From contig CM060732.1 of assembly GCA_030704615.1 (NCBI GenBank), forward strand, positions 68,324,001-68,388,000: a stretch of 64,000 nt of DNA, read 5' to 3'. The translations under genes were made by a program, and so were the position numbers. Each line of letters starts with the position of its first letter. Position 1 is the stretch's first letter. This document shows, piece after piece, positions 25,712 to 39,027 of this stretch. The notes beneath the pieces are model-generated. The model did not search any database, had not been told where the DNA came from, and worked only from the letters and a program-made list of their open reading frames with translations. This stretch comes from Takakia lepidozioides (lineage: Eukaryota; Plantae; Bryophyta).

Positions 25712-27119
25712 TCAGCCGTGTGCTCGCTCGCGACAGGACGGTTGCGCTGACGATGGGGGAAGGGAGAGAGACGAGATCTCTGATGGCAGCTTCGACGTTT
25801 CTTGCGAATTTTTTTGGTGCTTTCCCTTCTCCCTCTCCCCCATTGTATGCCCTGATGGACGCAACTCTTGACATGAAGGATCTTTAGAATTGGAAGTACA
25901 ATTTTAGCTTCGTTCACTTTTGTTGTCTTGCAGAGGTCCGATGGATTTGAGTACAGGAAAAACTTTCATTTTAGTGTGGTCAGTTGCAGATGACAGTGTT
26001 ATGTGTTGATTGGTGTAGATTTCCAGACCGTTGCGGAGGCCATGAGCCGGGGACTGAATGAAGAACTCAAGGCAGTTGCATGCCCAGGGACAAGGCTGAT
26101 TTCCCCACTTTGCGATACGGTATCGTCCGTTTCCCTGTGGAGGACTGGTCTGTAATCTTGTGAACCTCCATGATGCCCCACTCATAATTTACATCTTTCA
26201 ATTTTTCCCTTCTTATAGATAATAAAAGCAGCATGAAGTAACCCTACCTTTGCAGAGGTGGCGTTCTAAGCTGTAAGAGCAAGAGAATCCCTTCTTTACG
26301 AGATGGTGTTATGTAGGATCAATAGTTTCACAGGTGAAGGCATCTGTGTAATGGTAAAGCAGTACTTCTACCAATACCTTCAGTGATTAATCATTGAACA
26401 GGTTAGTGGGTGGTGTTGTGACTTGTCAACGGGGCTGACACTCGAACGATTCATTAAAATTGTTCCGGGCTGTCTGTCTCTGGAGACAGTTTAGAGGACT
26501 TGTCTTGTCTTAACAAGAAAGGATCTGTCTATTCCAGACTAGACAACAAATTTATAGACAATACAGCCTTCAGAAAAGGCATCATCACATTTCCTCTTGA
26601 TCTAAACTCAACATGGACTCCATATTCATAGAGGTGATCGGGTGGGTGGTGGTGTAATTGTATGTGATCAAATACAATGCGAATACGTGCTATGTCAAGC
26701 ATCATAATCAAAGAGCTCAGAACTTGGACAGCTTAGGTTCTCGAACTGAGCTCATGATAAGACAACATACCTCAAAAGTGATATATAGTGACTCTGCACA
26801 CTATCACTAATCTATCAGATTGGAAAAATCTCAGAGTATAGGTTAGATCCCTGGAGAAGGCAACCAGCCGTGATTCTTTCCTGAAGTCCTCTCGAAGGTA
26901 GTGGCACCATAACATTAGTTGCTGACTGCAAGTAAGCAACCTTCTCATATATGCAAAACTCCATATGCAGCTCTGTGATTTCCAGACAAAAACCCAAGAA
27001 TTTATAGAAGAATGAGGCCTCACCTGCACCTGTCCCAAGAAACATTGATGTGGATTAGTGAGGATATGCAAGGTGAATGGTAGGCCCTCTTGCTGTAGCT
27101 TTCCAAAATGAACCAGTAA

Positions 27120-27365
27120 GTATAATGTCCAATATCCAAATTTCAAGACTATGGCTACTTGAAAATCATGCCAGTTCATGGGTCTTGGTTTTTGCATGCG
27201 ATACCAGGTATCAGCCCGTGACTTGAGATTCAGCCTTGCCGATATAAGTAGCTTGTGCTCGCCAAAGCTCCGGCCCTCACCATCCCTTTTCAGATTCTGG
27301 ATCCAACTGTAAACATCCTCATCCTCCTTCCCGTAAAATGGAATGTTAGTCACTATTTCTCGCAA
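27120..27365 (-). mobile_element. Ty3/gypsy gag remnant
   Basis: IPFYGKEDEDVYSWIQNL..ARLNLKSRADTWY..WHDFQVAIVLKFG follows the retrotransposon gag pattern. Confidence 0.7.
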
Positions 27366-29942
27366 ATCACTCCCCTACCTTCCTACACTAAATCCTACAT
27401 CTCCCGGATCAGAGCATAAACCCCACTTGGGTACAACCATGCAAGGGAGTCACAGGATTACCTGGAGCTAACACCACTGGTACCACAGAATGATAAAGCC
27501 AAAAAGAAATTTTAGAGGCATCTCTCGGTCAGAAGAGTGTGACAGAGGTACTGTTTCTGTCATACTTCCCTTGTATATCAGTGCATATTAGCAGCTCATA
27601 GAACAATACCACTGATTCTGCGTTTAGAGTCATGTGGTTGGAAGTAAGGAGTGCCATTGACTAGACTAAATCAAGAGTCAAGTGGCTGGTACAAAAGTAT
27701 GAGAGAGAGAGAGAAACAAACATATATATCCTAAGCATAGCATGATTCTAACCTCTAACAAAATTGGTCCTCACAGTACTTGCTTTAACATATTTGTCAA
27801 TTGAATCTGTAACATCAATAATTATCCGAAAATGTTGTGGAAAGACATGCATGCAAGACATTTTTCAAGGCCAGCGAGAGATTGCCCAAGAAATGTTGAG
27901 AGCAAGAAAATTTATGCCTTGACATTGGATTGAAGTAGAAACAATTGTGTGATCTCTATGTGTGTCTCCAAAATGTGACAAATCCTTGCATGCCAGGCAT
28001 AATGACCCCCACGGCTTAGGAGCGGCTTCAATCCACGAACTATGGAGAAACTGATAGCCACTGCCATGGCATCTACAGCATCCATAAGCCCAAACTTTTC
28101 TGAAAAGGTCTGGAGCAGGATGGAATTAACCATGTCCAGCAAATGACGAAGGTTGCGTGCTTATGGAACTCCAAAAACCTATCATGCCATCGCTGCACTT
28201 TTGCAATTACCTTTGAACATTTCCTTGGTCGATATCTTCAGTTCCAAGATGCACATGTCTTACCCCATGTTGCAACACACGCTTGTCTTATCGTGGGTGT
28301 TTCTGTGCTGGGGTATCTTTTCGCAGCCTTGGCACCTCATTCATTCTTTATGCACATCATCAATCCAAGGGAATCTGGAGTCTGAAGTCGGAACTGCTCC
28401 TACTACAAGCGTGAATTTTCCCCTCACCACGTATAAAATCTATTGCAATACAGAGCATTTGGCACCTGATCTGGTTACGTAGTGAACTGACCTTTAGAAT
28501 CGGACCGCATCTTCTCGACGTCGGAACATAGAACTGATGGTTCGTAGATCACCTCATGCGCAGATAAGTTCGTAGCTGTGGCCCCGCGAGATTTGGTACA
28601 GCTTCAGCGAAGTTTGAACACTTGCGGAACCTGCAGAGCTGCAACCACCTTTCCGAGAATCTCAAAGGGAGGTTTCTTCCACAACTGCGCATCAAGCTCT
28701 GCCATGGCTCTCACAAGACAAGAGCTTAGATCACCCACCAAAGAGTTCGTTGTCCCACACGATCTGAATTACGTAAGTATACGTAATAAACGAACACTCG
28801 ACGATAACGTAGATTTTTCTTTGGAGACCATTGCATATGATCAACTTAGTTTGCATTTGAGTTTCTGTCGCCTCGACTTATACTGTTTGTGCGAGACAAG
28901 CCATGCAGCCTGTTCTTGGCTGAGCGAATTCCTGGTAGCATGTAAGTGTGGTGACTGGTGACTCACTAGACTTGTTTACAGTTCACATTCATACAGTGCA
29001 GGTCTGATATTTCTATCCAACTCATGGTCTTTCCTTTATCTCTCAACTGACCCTCCTCTCATCATTCTTTTGCTGAGCGGATCTCTCTTCTTCCCAATGT
29101 TTTATCTCCCTTTTCTGATGCAAGTGCCCATATTGGACCAAACAGCCCTTCTATCACCATTCCCAATTGACATGCATCATCTCTTATCCTCTCTACACCA
29201 TTCTGGTTTGAAGCCCAGACCACCACTCCATTCCATTTTCAAAAACCCTTTTTCCTCTATCACATGTCTCTATCCTTTTCCCTTCTATCAAGAGCAAGTC
29301 CTAAATCTGCCCAAAACGATTTCTAAGTCACACCCAAAAAGGAAGCATCCTATGTTTGAGAGCTGACTTCCCAACTTCTTGCAGCACTCCACACAACTTC
29401 CACCCTACCTCACTTTCTCTCTACCACCAGGACTGGTATGAATTCCAGCAGTCTCCATTCCATTTGCCAAAATCTTTTTCTATCTCCCTCATTTCTATTG
29501 AGAGTCTCTCTAGCAAAATTCCATAGCAACTATCCCTAAGTCAGAGAGGAGAGCTTGCATCTATGAACTTAGCTCTCTTATACTCCAGCTGAAGCGGTGG
29601 GATCGCCTGCCTGAAATGGCACCTCACCATCTCTGTCCAGTAGGACAGTAGGTACTGTCAGGATCCTGACAAGCATCTCGGCGCAGACCCCTGACCCCTG
29701 GCGTCTTCTACTTATTTCGTCGTTTGCACTTGCCATCTGTATCTCCGTGACCCAAAACAGCGGGGGAGCGTGGTGGCCTATAAACATGGGTCTGTCCCCG
29801 CGATAGCGATGGCCTCCGTAATGAGGCTGGTCGGGTGGTGGGGTCAGGGTGTCGGGCATCAGGGTGGAAGTAGGCTACAATCGGCCTCCTCGGCTAAAAC
29901 TCCCACCTTACTCGGCAGAAATCCCTCGGAGGCCGGCACTAT

Positions 29943-30073
29943 GTGTGCACAGCACCTTGTCTGTCGTAAGGTAGTCTGCAGCTTGATCGAACCTTTGGCT
30001 ACTAATTGTGTGTGCACAGCACCTTGTTTGTCGTAAGGTCTGCAGCTCGATCGAACCTTTGGCTACTAATTGT
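29943..30073 (+). repeat. About 67-bp direct tandem duplication
   Basis: GTGTGCACAGCACCTTGT.TGTCGTAAGG..TCTGCAGCT.GATCGAACCTTTGGCTACTAATTGT occurs twice. Confidence 0.9.
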
Positions 30074-30836
30074 AAACTTGGTGTTTTCGTATTTTGCTGA
30101 GGATGGAATGGTTGCATGAGTGCAAGCACTATGGCAATGCAGTTGGGTCCTCCGAGTGATCACTTTCTTTTTCCCTGTCTACCGTAGCTCTACGAGTAGT
30201 ACAGTCTTATGCACTTGCAGGTCTGATGGTGATCACCTCTCACTGTGCTGCAGGCGGGAAGCGCAGCAGCAGCTGGTGGCTGCGGACAGGGCCAATCTCC
30301 CGCAGCGATCCTGTTGCCGCGTGCTCCTCCTACAGGCGGGCAGCAGCCGGCATCTCCTCGTAGAAGTTGCACCGCACGCTGGTTATGCAGCTTTGAGGTA
30401 AGGCCATCTAGCCCTTACGTCACAAATCTCGAGATTCTCTACATTTCAGCCTGCACACTTCACCCTCCATACTCTCAATTGCTTCCACAACAACGATAAT
30501 TTTCTTCCAGGGCCTATGTATGCAGGGCTGCCCTTCAACTATGGCTGTGGGATGTTGTGCTAAAAGACTGCAACTGTGGAACCAAAGCCTCATGTGAACG
30601 CTCACTAAAATTGAGAAGAGTCTAGCGATTCATTGATAATTAGTCCTCCCTTGCAAATGAGGGCTAGCTTGGGTTGTTTCTGGCGAAGCCTGCGCCATAC
30701 GGAATGGCCAATTCCACATGTACCTGGGTCCTGGGCTCCCATTCAGCCTGCTTAGTCGGCCTCTTTGTCAAACTGATGAGAAACTTTTCCTGTTTCTGCA
30801 GAATTCTGTTAAAAGGTGCACACCTTCCTGTTCATC

Positions 30837-33385
30837 ATGGCGACGCAGGCATCTAAGCTCCTTGAAGCCCATGTGGTTGCCTTCCCCTTTCCATCGGCAG
30901 GCCACCTTGTCCCTTTCGTGCAGTTCTCGAAGATCTTGGCTGGCTATGGCATCACTGTCACCTTTGTGACCACGACTACACATCTCTCTCGTACAAAACG
31001 AGACCTGATTGATGACACCAGCTTTGTGTTCAGCCACAATGTGCATTTGGTTGCCCTTGAGCTTCCTACTGGATATGAAAATCTAAACAGCTCCAGCGTA
31101 GAAGACTTGAAAGAGGCGTCAAAATCACCCGTCATGAAAGCATCATTCGAAGAACTCATAAGATCACTGATGGACTCCCCCCCGGCTACCCTCATAGGTC
31201 CTCCTGTATGCATCATCTCCGACATGTTCTTGGGTTGGACTCAGGTAGGCGCCTATGATTGCATCACAAGAGAGCTTTGAGTCAGCGTTGTATTTGCAGT
31301 TTCTGGTGTCAAGCACATGTAATTCTACAACAAGAGAATTTGCGTACATGCCACTCGGTAGTATGAATTCAAGCTCGAGTCGTATCACATTGGGAAGATG
31401 GACACTTAGTGTGATCATCTGAGGACTTCCATTCACTAGCCTGAGAAAGATACACAAGATTTTTGCTATGTGATCTTTAGGTCTACCACATTTGGGAGGA
31501 TGGTGCAATGCTCTATTAAGTGTTATGCCTGCCCACACTCTTTCTCTCAGCTGTCATGTTAATAAGCTAGCTTGATCAAGATATAGATACGATTGTATGC
31601 AATCTACTACCTTAGCTTGAGTAACACTGCAAACAAGAGGTCACTATCCAGTCCCAATATGCACCTCACAAGTGACACAACTTGAATGGCAGGTTACCGC
31701 TACCAAGTATCGGATCCCAAGATATTGTTTGTTTTCATCATCAACACCTTTGCTTTCCCTGTGGTACCACTTCCGCTTTTTCAGTGCACAAGGTCGGATT
31801 CCTGTGAAGTCAGCTGAACAGGCTCCATTTCTCCTTCCAGAGTTTCCTCCCCTCAAAGCTCACGAGCTCCCTCCAACATTGCAGAAAAAGTCAGGCGCTG
31901 ACTTTTTTGTGGAGAACGCGGAGAGTTTATGGGAAGCTGTGGGGGTGTTTGTGAATAGTGTTTACGAAATGGAATCTTCCGTAATTGAAGGCCTTCGAGA
32001 TGTACTTCAAAGTAGGTTGAAGATAACTCAGGTCAGTGTCTTTACATTTAACACAGAGGTATTACAGGGCAGAGTTGGAATGGACTTAAACTAGGATACC
32101 CGCACAGCTGACATCTGCAAGATTCAAATCTTGAAGGGCTGAATTCACCTGGGACCATGTATATAGCCACATGTTGTGGCTGCAGGCCCTACAGAATTCT
32201 ACCTTTCCCAGATCTCAACTCTTAAGCTTTACATCAACACAGAAGGAGCTACTCACAGAGAGAGTGATTCGAGAGGTCACAGACTACCTATGGCTTTTTT
32301 CTCCAGGAGAGAGATGTGAGAGAGAGAAGATGATAGGTGAGACAGGGCATCTGTCACCCCTCATGAAGAACCTGCATGGTGCAAGAAGGAAAGAGAAAAA
32401 GTTCAAAATTATAGAAAATGCAATGGGAACTGATGGGTGCACGACTAATCTTAGCTTAGTTGAGTGGATGACAGTTTCTCAAGTGGTGCAATAGGTGTGC
32501 CAGGCGATTTTAGTATTTGAATTAGAAGGGTATCTTGTTGCATAGTTTCATGGCTGCTGGAAACAAAGCTGAGTACTTCGATTTCAGACAAGATGGTAGT
32601 GGCAGCTCTACAGCTGATACCATATTATTTATATGCAATTGACCTGTTGCTTGCAGGTGCCTAGCATCTTAATGGTGGGACCCACACTATTAGAGGGAAA
32701 CAAGGAGAACATGTTCAACAACCCATCACAAGCGAGTTCAGACAAGAATGAGTGCATAGACTGGTTGAACACACAGCCAACCTCCTCTGTTCTGTATGTC
32801 TCCTTTGGAAGCATAGCTACTTTCTCTGCCACACAGCTTCATGAACTAGCTCTCGGGCTTGAGACGAGTGGGCAAAACTTTCTGTGGATCCTAAGAGCTC
32901 TACAAGGTAGTGAAGGTGACATCTCTGCCTTCCTCCCTGAAGGTTTCATGGAGAGGACTAAAAAGCAGGGATTAGTGTTCTCTGCATGGGCGCCACAGTT
33001 GCAGATCCTTGCCCATCCCGCGGTTTGGGGTTTCCTGAGCCACTGTGGGTGGAACTCCATAGTGGAGAGTATTTGCATGGCCGTGCCCATGATAGCTTGG
33101 TCGATTCAATCTGAGCAACACATGAACAAAATACTTGTTGTAGACGTACTAAAAGTTGCTGTTCGGGTCCAGGGATCTGATGATGGGTTGGTTGGCAAGG
33201 AGGAGGTAGAGAGGGTCGTGAGGCTTCTGATGGAAGAGGAGAGGGGAGAGATGTTAAGGAAAAATGTGAAGGATCTAAGCATTACAGTACGAAATGCTGT
33301 AGGGCCCGGTGGTTCTTCCAGGAAGACTCTGGATTCTTTTGTAGAAAAGCTCCATTTTTGGCAGTCTCAGTCATCTTCATCGTGA
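30837..33385 (+). CDS. Family-1 UDP-glycosyltransferase (UGT), 3 coding exons, 491 aa
   Basis: join(30837-31244, 31693-32031, 32657-33385), phase-0 GT-AG introns. HVVAFPFPSAGHLVPF (catalytic His), CIISDMF (Asp), WLNTQPTSSVLYVSFGS, PSPG box WAPQLQILAHPAVWGFLSHCGWNSIVESICMAVPMIAWSIQSEQ, GGSS motif. Confidence 0.95.
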
Positions 33386-33884
33386 GTGATGTGCCTTGAC
33401 TGAGGGTGTCTGTTTGAGCTTGTTTTTTTGAGAGGCTGGGAGATTTTATTGGAAGCTGTGGAAGGAGCTTTGCTTTGATCTTCCGAGTGCTTGCAGCTCT
33501 GCTTTCAGGAGACTGACTCCTAAAACACTGTTCACTCAGAGGGTTCCTGAATTCCGTTGAGTCTGGTGGGCTACCTTGCCATCTTTACCCCACATTTGAT
33601 ATTTGTGTGTCCGAGTGGGTACTTCTGAGCCACACCTAATCTGTTGTATAGAAGATATCTCATCTTCTTCAGGTGTGTGTTCATGCTATGCTCTAGATAC
33701 CACCATTAGCAAGTGGTATACCATTCTCCTTTCTGACTTCACAGACCATGTATGTAGTTGCAGATAGTGGAAGGCACAAAACTCTAGTTCCACTTTGGCA
33801 TTAGAAAGGATACTTCAAAATAGACTATCAGATTTCTCCTAAGAGAAATATAAGAAAGATGTATGTGCTGCTTTCAAAAGTATG

Positions 33885-36800
33885 AGAGACAGATTGTACT
33901 CATAAGACGTTGTTTGCCGTAGCCTTGTGGCCATTGACCCCGCGCCCAGTTTGAGCGGGAACAAAAGGGACAGAACCTACCTCTGTCAGGAGCTGACGTT
34001 GGTAGTAAGACTTACCTCCATATATAGAATTAATCCGGGTTTTCCAGATATCCTCTAGAAATCCCTTCACACAAGCATCAATCTGCTGTGTGTGATTTGC
34101 CCAAAAACTAGGCCTCGGGAGGGCCTGGGCTTTTGGCTCAGCCTCGAGACTTTCAAAGTTGGTAAACAGGGGTACAGGCACAATACCCTTAATAGATTTG
34201 AAGAGAGCGTCTCTTTGGTGAGAGAACCCCGGACAGTGTATCAGAAAATGAATACTGTCTTCAGATTGCCCACACAACGGGCAATTGCACTCTCCCTTTC
34301 CTCTCTGCTTCTGTTTGCTGTTCAAAGGTAGGCTTCCTGCCCTGAGTTTAAATTTCAGTCTAGTGCCGAGAGTGGGTAGACCCTTGAGGTCATCCAAGAT
34401 GTCCTCCCCCATGTCACAGACTGGAAACAAGTTCAGGGAAGTTTTCTGCCTAACTTCATTTTCATCAGACGATCTCATGGCAGCAGACATGGCTGAGGAC
34501 ACTACAGCCTCTAAGTCAGATTTATCCAGCAGGGTCAAGACTTGCGGATCCAGGTCCAGGTCCTTGAGGATCTCTTCTACTCTCTTCTGCCAGGACTTAG
34601 CCTGTTTGACAGGGCGGTCCTGTTTCCAAGATATAGAGTCGATTAACTTAGGATATCTGGTGTTGGGCATATGTTGCAGCTGACCCCACCATCCGACCTT
34701 GAATTCATCTCGTCGGGAGCTTAAGGACGGAATGCCAAACTCACCCCGAACAGCCACATTGGCTGTTTTGGAGCATGCTGACATACACTCCTTAAGCACC
34801 CCCACTTGAATGGATTCTAGAGACTTAGCCTGGTTGGAGTTATCAACCCATATAGCAGATCCGTACTCCAAGGCAGGTCTAATAACGCGACAAAGCATGG
34901 TTTTCTTAACCTCAGAGTTGACCCCTCTGCAGTGGAAAAGTTTAGTGAGCCCCAGAGCTTTGCCCTTGCCAGTTTGAACAACTTTCTGGATATGTGCATC
35001 CCAATTACAATTGGAGGAGAACTCAACGCCCAGGTAAGTGTAGGAAGGGAGGACCGGGATCTCTTGGCTACCCCACTGCCACTTAAGATCACTTCCTCCC
35101 TCTCCTCTGTCGTTGAATGCTACCACTGCACATTTGCTGACATTAGCCTCTAGCCCCCAAAGATCAAAGTATCTCTTCGCGCAATCAATCAACTCCTGGA
35201 GATTGGTTGGAGTCTCCCTATGCCTGCGAAGTCATCCGCAAACATAAGGGCTGGTATGGTGGTATCACCCACCCTTAACCCAAATCCCTCACTTTCCACA
35301 TCCTCGAGGAGTTGATTGATGAAAACATTGAAGAGCAGAGGGGAGAGAGTACATCCTTGAGCTACACCTTGGTCTATGTCAAAGAAGTTGGACTTCTGTC
35401 CGTTAACAGTGACACAGCTTTTGGTGTGAGCATACAAGTTGTGGACAACTCTCCACATCTTTCCCTTGATCCCACAAGACCAGAGGCGGAACCATAGGCC
35501 ATCTCTCCACACTGTGTCATAAGCCTTTTTGACATCCAGGAAAAAGACATAAGTGGGTTTCCCTTCTTTTTTCCTTCCTTGGATAATCTGGCTTAGAGTG
35601 AAGATACGATCCACACAGCCCCTGTTTCGCCGAAAGCCAGCTTGGCCTTCGTGGAAACAACCTCTAGACTCCAGATCAACCTCGAGACGAGTACTTATAA
35701 CTCTGCAGAATGTCTTGCCAACAGCATTGAGGAGCGTGATGCCACGGTAGTTCCCCAGTTCTTCTCTGTCACCCTTCTTGTATAGATTGACAATGACCCC
35801 CTGTCGCCAGCGAAAGGGGATCATTTCAGTCTTCCAGATAAGGTTAAAGAGGAGAACTAGGGCCTCTATCATGGGATCGCCACCGTGCTTGATAAGCTCG
35901 TTGACAATACCATCAGGTCCACCAGCTTTATATCCATTTAAATGTTCAATTGCTTCCACAATCTCAGAAGAACTAATGGGAGCATTATAAGCCATTGAAA
36001 TATACTCCAGTTCATCAGGGCTGTTTTAAATCATAGGAACAGTTTTTCCAACTGTGTCCCTCCATTCAGCAGAAGACCCCTCACTGTTAGACCTAGAAGT
36101 TCTGCCAAGGATACTGTAGTGAGTTTCAAAGGTTTTGACAATGTCAACCGATGAAGTCACCACTGCAACTTTAGTAGTCTTCAGCGCTTGTACTTGCTGA
36201 CCGTTTTTCGGTTTGTACAAACGTTGAAGGGCCAATTTCTTGTCATTACCACCATGGTCGTTTGAGTTTATTTCACTGTATAACTTGTCCCAGTATAATT
36301 TCTTCTGAGACCTAACAAGCTGATTGATATCTTTACGGAGCTAGTAGTACCTCTCCCACAATTCTCTATTGGTTTCCAAATTGCAGCACTCTTTATAGAG
36401 GGCTCGTCTCTCAGCTATCTTGAGTTTAATCTCATTAGTCCACCAATTAACTGCTCTACCGCAGACAATTAGTTTCCTCCCAATGATCTTGTTAGCCATG
36501 GAGGAAACGAAACTCTCCCAAGAGTCCACTGCTCTTTCCACTTCATTTCTTGCGTTAACAGAGCGTGACTGAAGTTCTTGGAGCGATTGGACAAAATGAG
36601 GGAGAGCCTCTTGCAAGGCCTGGACGTACTCAGCCTTGACCTCCTCATTGTGGAATTTTTCTATGCGCCACTTCCGAATCGAACGTTTCACAAATCTCTT
36701 GGTGGTGGGAAAACACCTTTTGATCTCAGTCCAAACCAGGAAGTGGTCAGAGGTACCAATATCAGTTCTGCCGATCAACACATTGGCACATTGGGGGAAC

Positions 36801-37605
36801 AAAATTTTGTCCATTATGATATAGTCCACAATGGAACGTTCCCGAGTTTGGGATTTCTCACGAGTCCACTGCACTTGGTCACCACTTGTCCTGTTATTCA
36901 AGGTAAACTTGTGAGCTGAATTCTAATGGCAGACGGTTAATTAACTGTCTAGAAGTTCTTCTAGACAGTTAATTAACCGTCTGCCATTAGAATTCAGCTC
37001 GTCCTCACCAAAAGGTCCAATGATATCGTCCTGATGGATCCCTTTGCCCACCCGGGCATTGAAGTCCCCCAATAGTACTACCTGACCTTTGGCAAGGAAC
37101 GAAGCACAGTCTAGCTTTACATCTTCGAAGGCCTTGTCTGCGTCAGCACTAAGGGTCCCCTCTGTGGGCATGTAAACACAACCAACAAAGAGGTCCTTTG
37201 TATTCATGCCGCCCTTCAAATTCAGTTTTAGCCAGATACTGTGCTCGTACCTCAAACCCTTGTTGATAATTTCACAATTGTCAAACAAGAAATCACGAAC
37301 AAAGAATCCGACCCCTTTTTTATCGCCTTTGGCAGAGGCTGCCTTTAGAGTACACATCTTACCTGCCCATTTATAACCAATGACATCTCCAACCGGTTTA
37401 TCCGACGTTTCCCATGTTTCTTGCCCAACACAGATATGAATATCATTAGTCCGAAGAACTTGTCCCACTTCAAGTTGTTTCTTTTGGTTGGTCAACCCTG
37501 AGAAGTTGAAAGTGGCCAGTCGCAAGCCAGCCCTTTGCGTGTGAATTGTTTGTCGTCTAGGTAGCTTGTGATTGCTCCTGGACGGCCAACCGTTCTGCAA
37601 AGGGG
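33885..37605 (-). mobile_element. RTE-X-like LINE (APE endonuclease + RT + C-terminal CCHC), disrupted; 5' part displaced to about 49300-49699
   Basis: APE: LATFNFSG, GQETW, GVGFFV, CVYMP, LLGDFNARVG, IVDYI, SDHFLV. RT: KAGGPDG, NYRGITLL, QAGFR, FLDVKKAYDTVWRDGLW, GVAQGCTLSPLLF, MFADD, YTYLGV, LEYGSAIW. C-terminus CPLCGQSEDSIHFLIHC. Several stops and frameshifts. The clade assignment is an inference. Confidence 0.9.
36913..37000. repeat. Perfect 43-bp inverted repeat with a 2-nt spacer
   Basis: 36913-36955 is the exact reverse complement of 36958-37000. Confidence 0.95.
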
Positions 37606-38675
37606 TGTCGAGCGGCTTTTACTCACCCATCCTTTCGCTATCCGAGGTGGAAACTCCAAGATAGAAGAGTTGGATATCTCTAAGCACTCAGCCCCGCTCA
37701 GTACAATCAGTCATGACCTGCAGCTAGTGAATCACGGTTGTGCTTCCCCTTTGTATTCCTTCTTGCTTTCATGTTAACAATTTATCTTATCTGGTACTGA
37801 AGCATCAGTTTGCTTCAGTATCTTCTTAGTTCCAGTTAATCATGCATTCATTTCACAGCTTCACTCATGTCTCTCTACACAATGTGCTTGTATCAAATAA
37901 GTTTCAGATTACGATTTATCAGGTACTAGGCCAATGTCAAGTGACTCTAATCCACCCTACAGTATCACTACAGTTCTGCATGAAGTAAAGCATCTACTGT
38001 TCATCTCTCTTCCTACTCCGTGCTCTCGTTCTTGTTCTTTGCCTGATCTCTTCTCCTCCATGACCATCAAGCGTTCCCCCGTGAAGTGTCCTTCTTTTCG
38101 TTGCCGTTCTCCTTATCTGCCCCCCAAGCTGTTCTAACCACCTAGCTAATTAACCGTTATCCCCGAAGTATCACGTTCTTACTGCAGATGTCGTTCCCTC
38201 ACAGTCATTCTCTGCCATTGATAACTGTTCCCCATGTACTGTGACAGGCTGTGTCAAGCTGTGCCGAGCTGTGACTGGCTGTGTCGGCTGTGTTGGCTGT
38301 GATGGCTGTGATGGCTGTGACTGGCTGTGTCGGGCTGTGTTGGCTGTGTCGGGCTGTGTTGGCTGTGACGGGCTGTGCGAACCTGTGTCAGGCTGTGTCG
38401 GCTGTGATTGGTTGTGACGGACTGTATCGGCTGTGCGAAGCTGTGTCAGGCTGTGTCGGCTGTGATTGGTTGTGACGGACTGTGTCGGGCTGTATCGAGC
38501 TGTGTCAGGCTGTGTCGGCTGTGATTGGCTGTGACGGACTGTGTCGGGCTGTGTAACCCCCCCTAAAGTGCGCTGCTGTCACCCCTAAGGCTCCTGTTGG
38601 TCTCAGTCTGCGCAAAAATTAAGGGTACCCCACAGAACCCGTAAAAGCGTCTAAGTCCCAAGCAGCCTTCTAACA
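37606..38675 (-). mobile_element. 3' LTR of non-chromovirus Ty3/gypsy element A
   Basis: TG..CA termini; homologous (inverted) to 49700-50745; preceded on the minus strand by the polypurine tract GAGAGGGGGAGGGGTAAA (38693-38676). Confidence 0.92.
38238..38553. repeat. CTGTG-based tandem repeat inside the LTR (also at 49826-50113)
   Basis: GGCTGTGTCG/GGCTGTGAC units of about 9-10 bp. Confidence 0.9.
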
Positions 38676-39027
38676 TTTACCCCTCCCCCTCTCAAAAAGC
38701 CGTGTCCTCACGGTTTACTGTTTGGGATTAGCAAACCTTTGTGAGCGAGCACCCTTCTGACGGTGAGAGTCTCGTGAAGGACTCCGTGTGCGAGCCCGAG
38801 TCCTGTCACTGGTTGACGGAGATGATTAAGCACTACCTGGAAATGTCAGTCCCCTTTGGCTGATATCGTGGTAACCTCTCAGGTATAAGAGATCCCCGTC
38901 GTTTCTTCTCTGTCATCTGAATTGCGTAGTCCTCTGCCATGTCAAAAGAGTCCGCTAAAGAAACAGTAGTATCAGAGTCTTTGTCGCTCCTCAGGTGTTT
39001 TAACGGTCGAACTCTAACTAGAATCCG

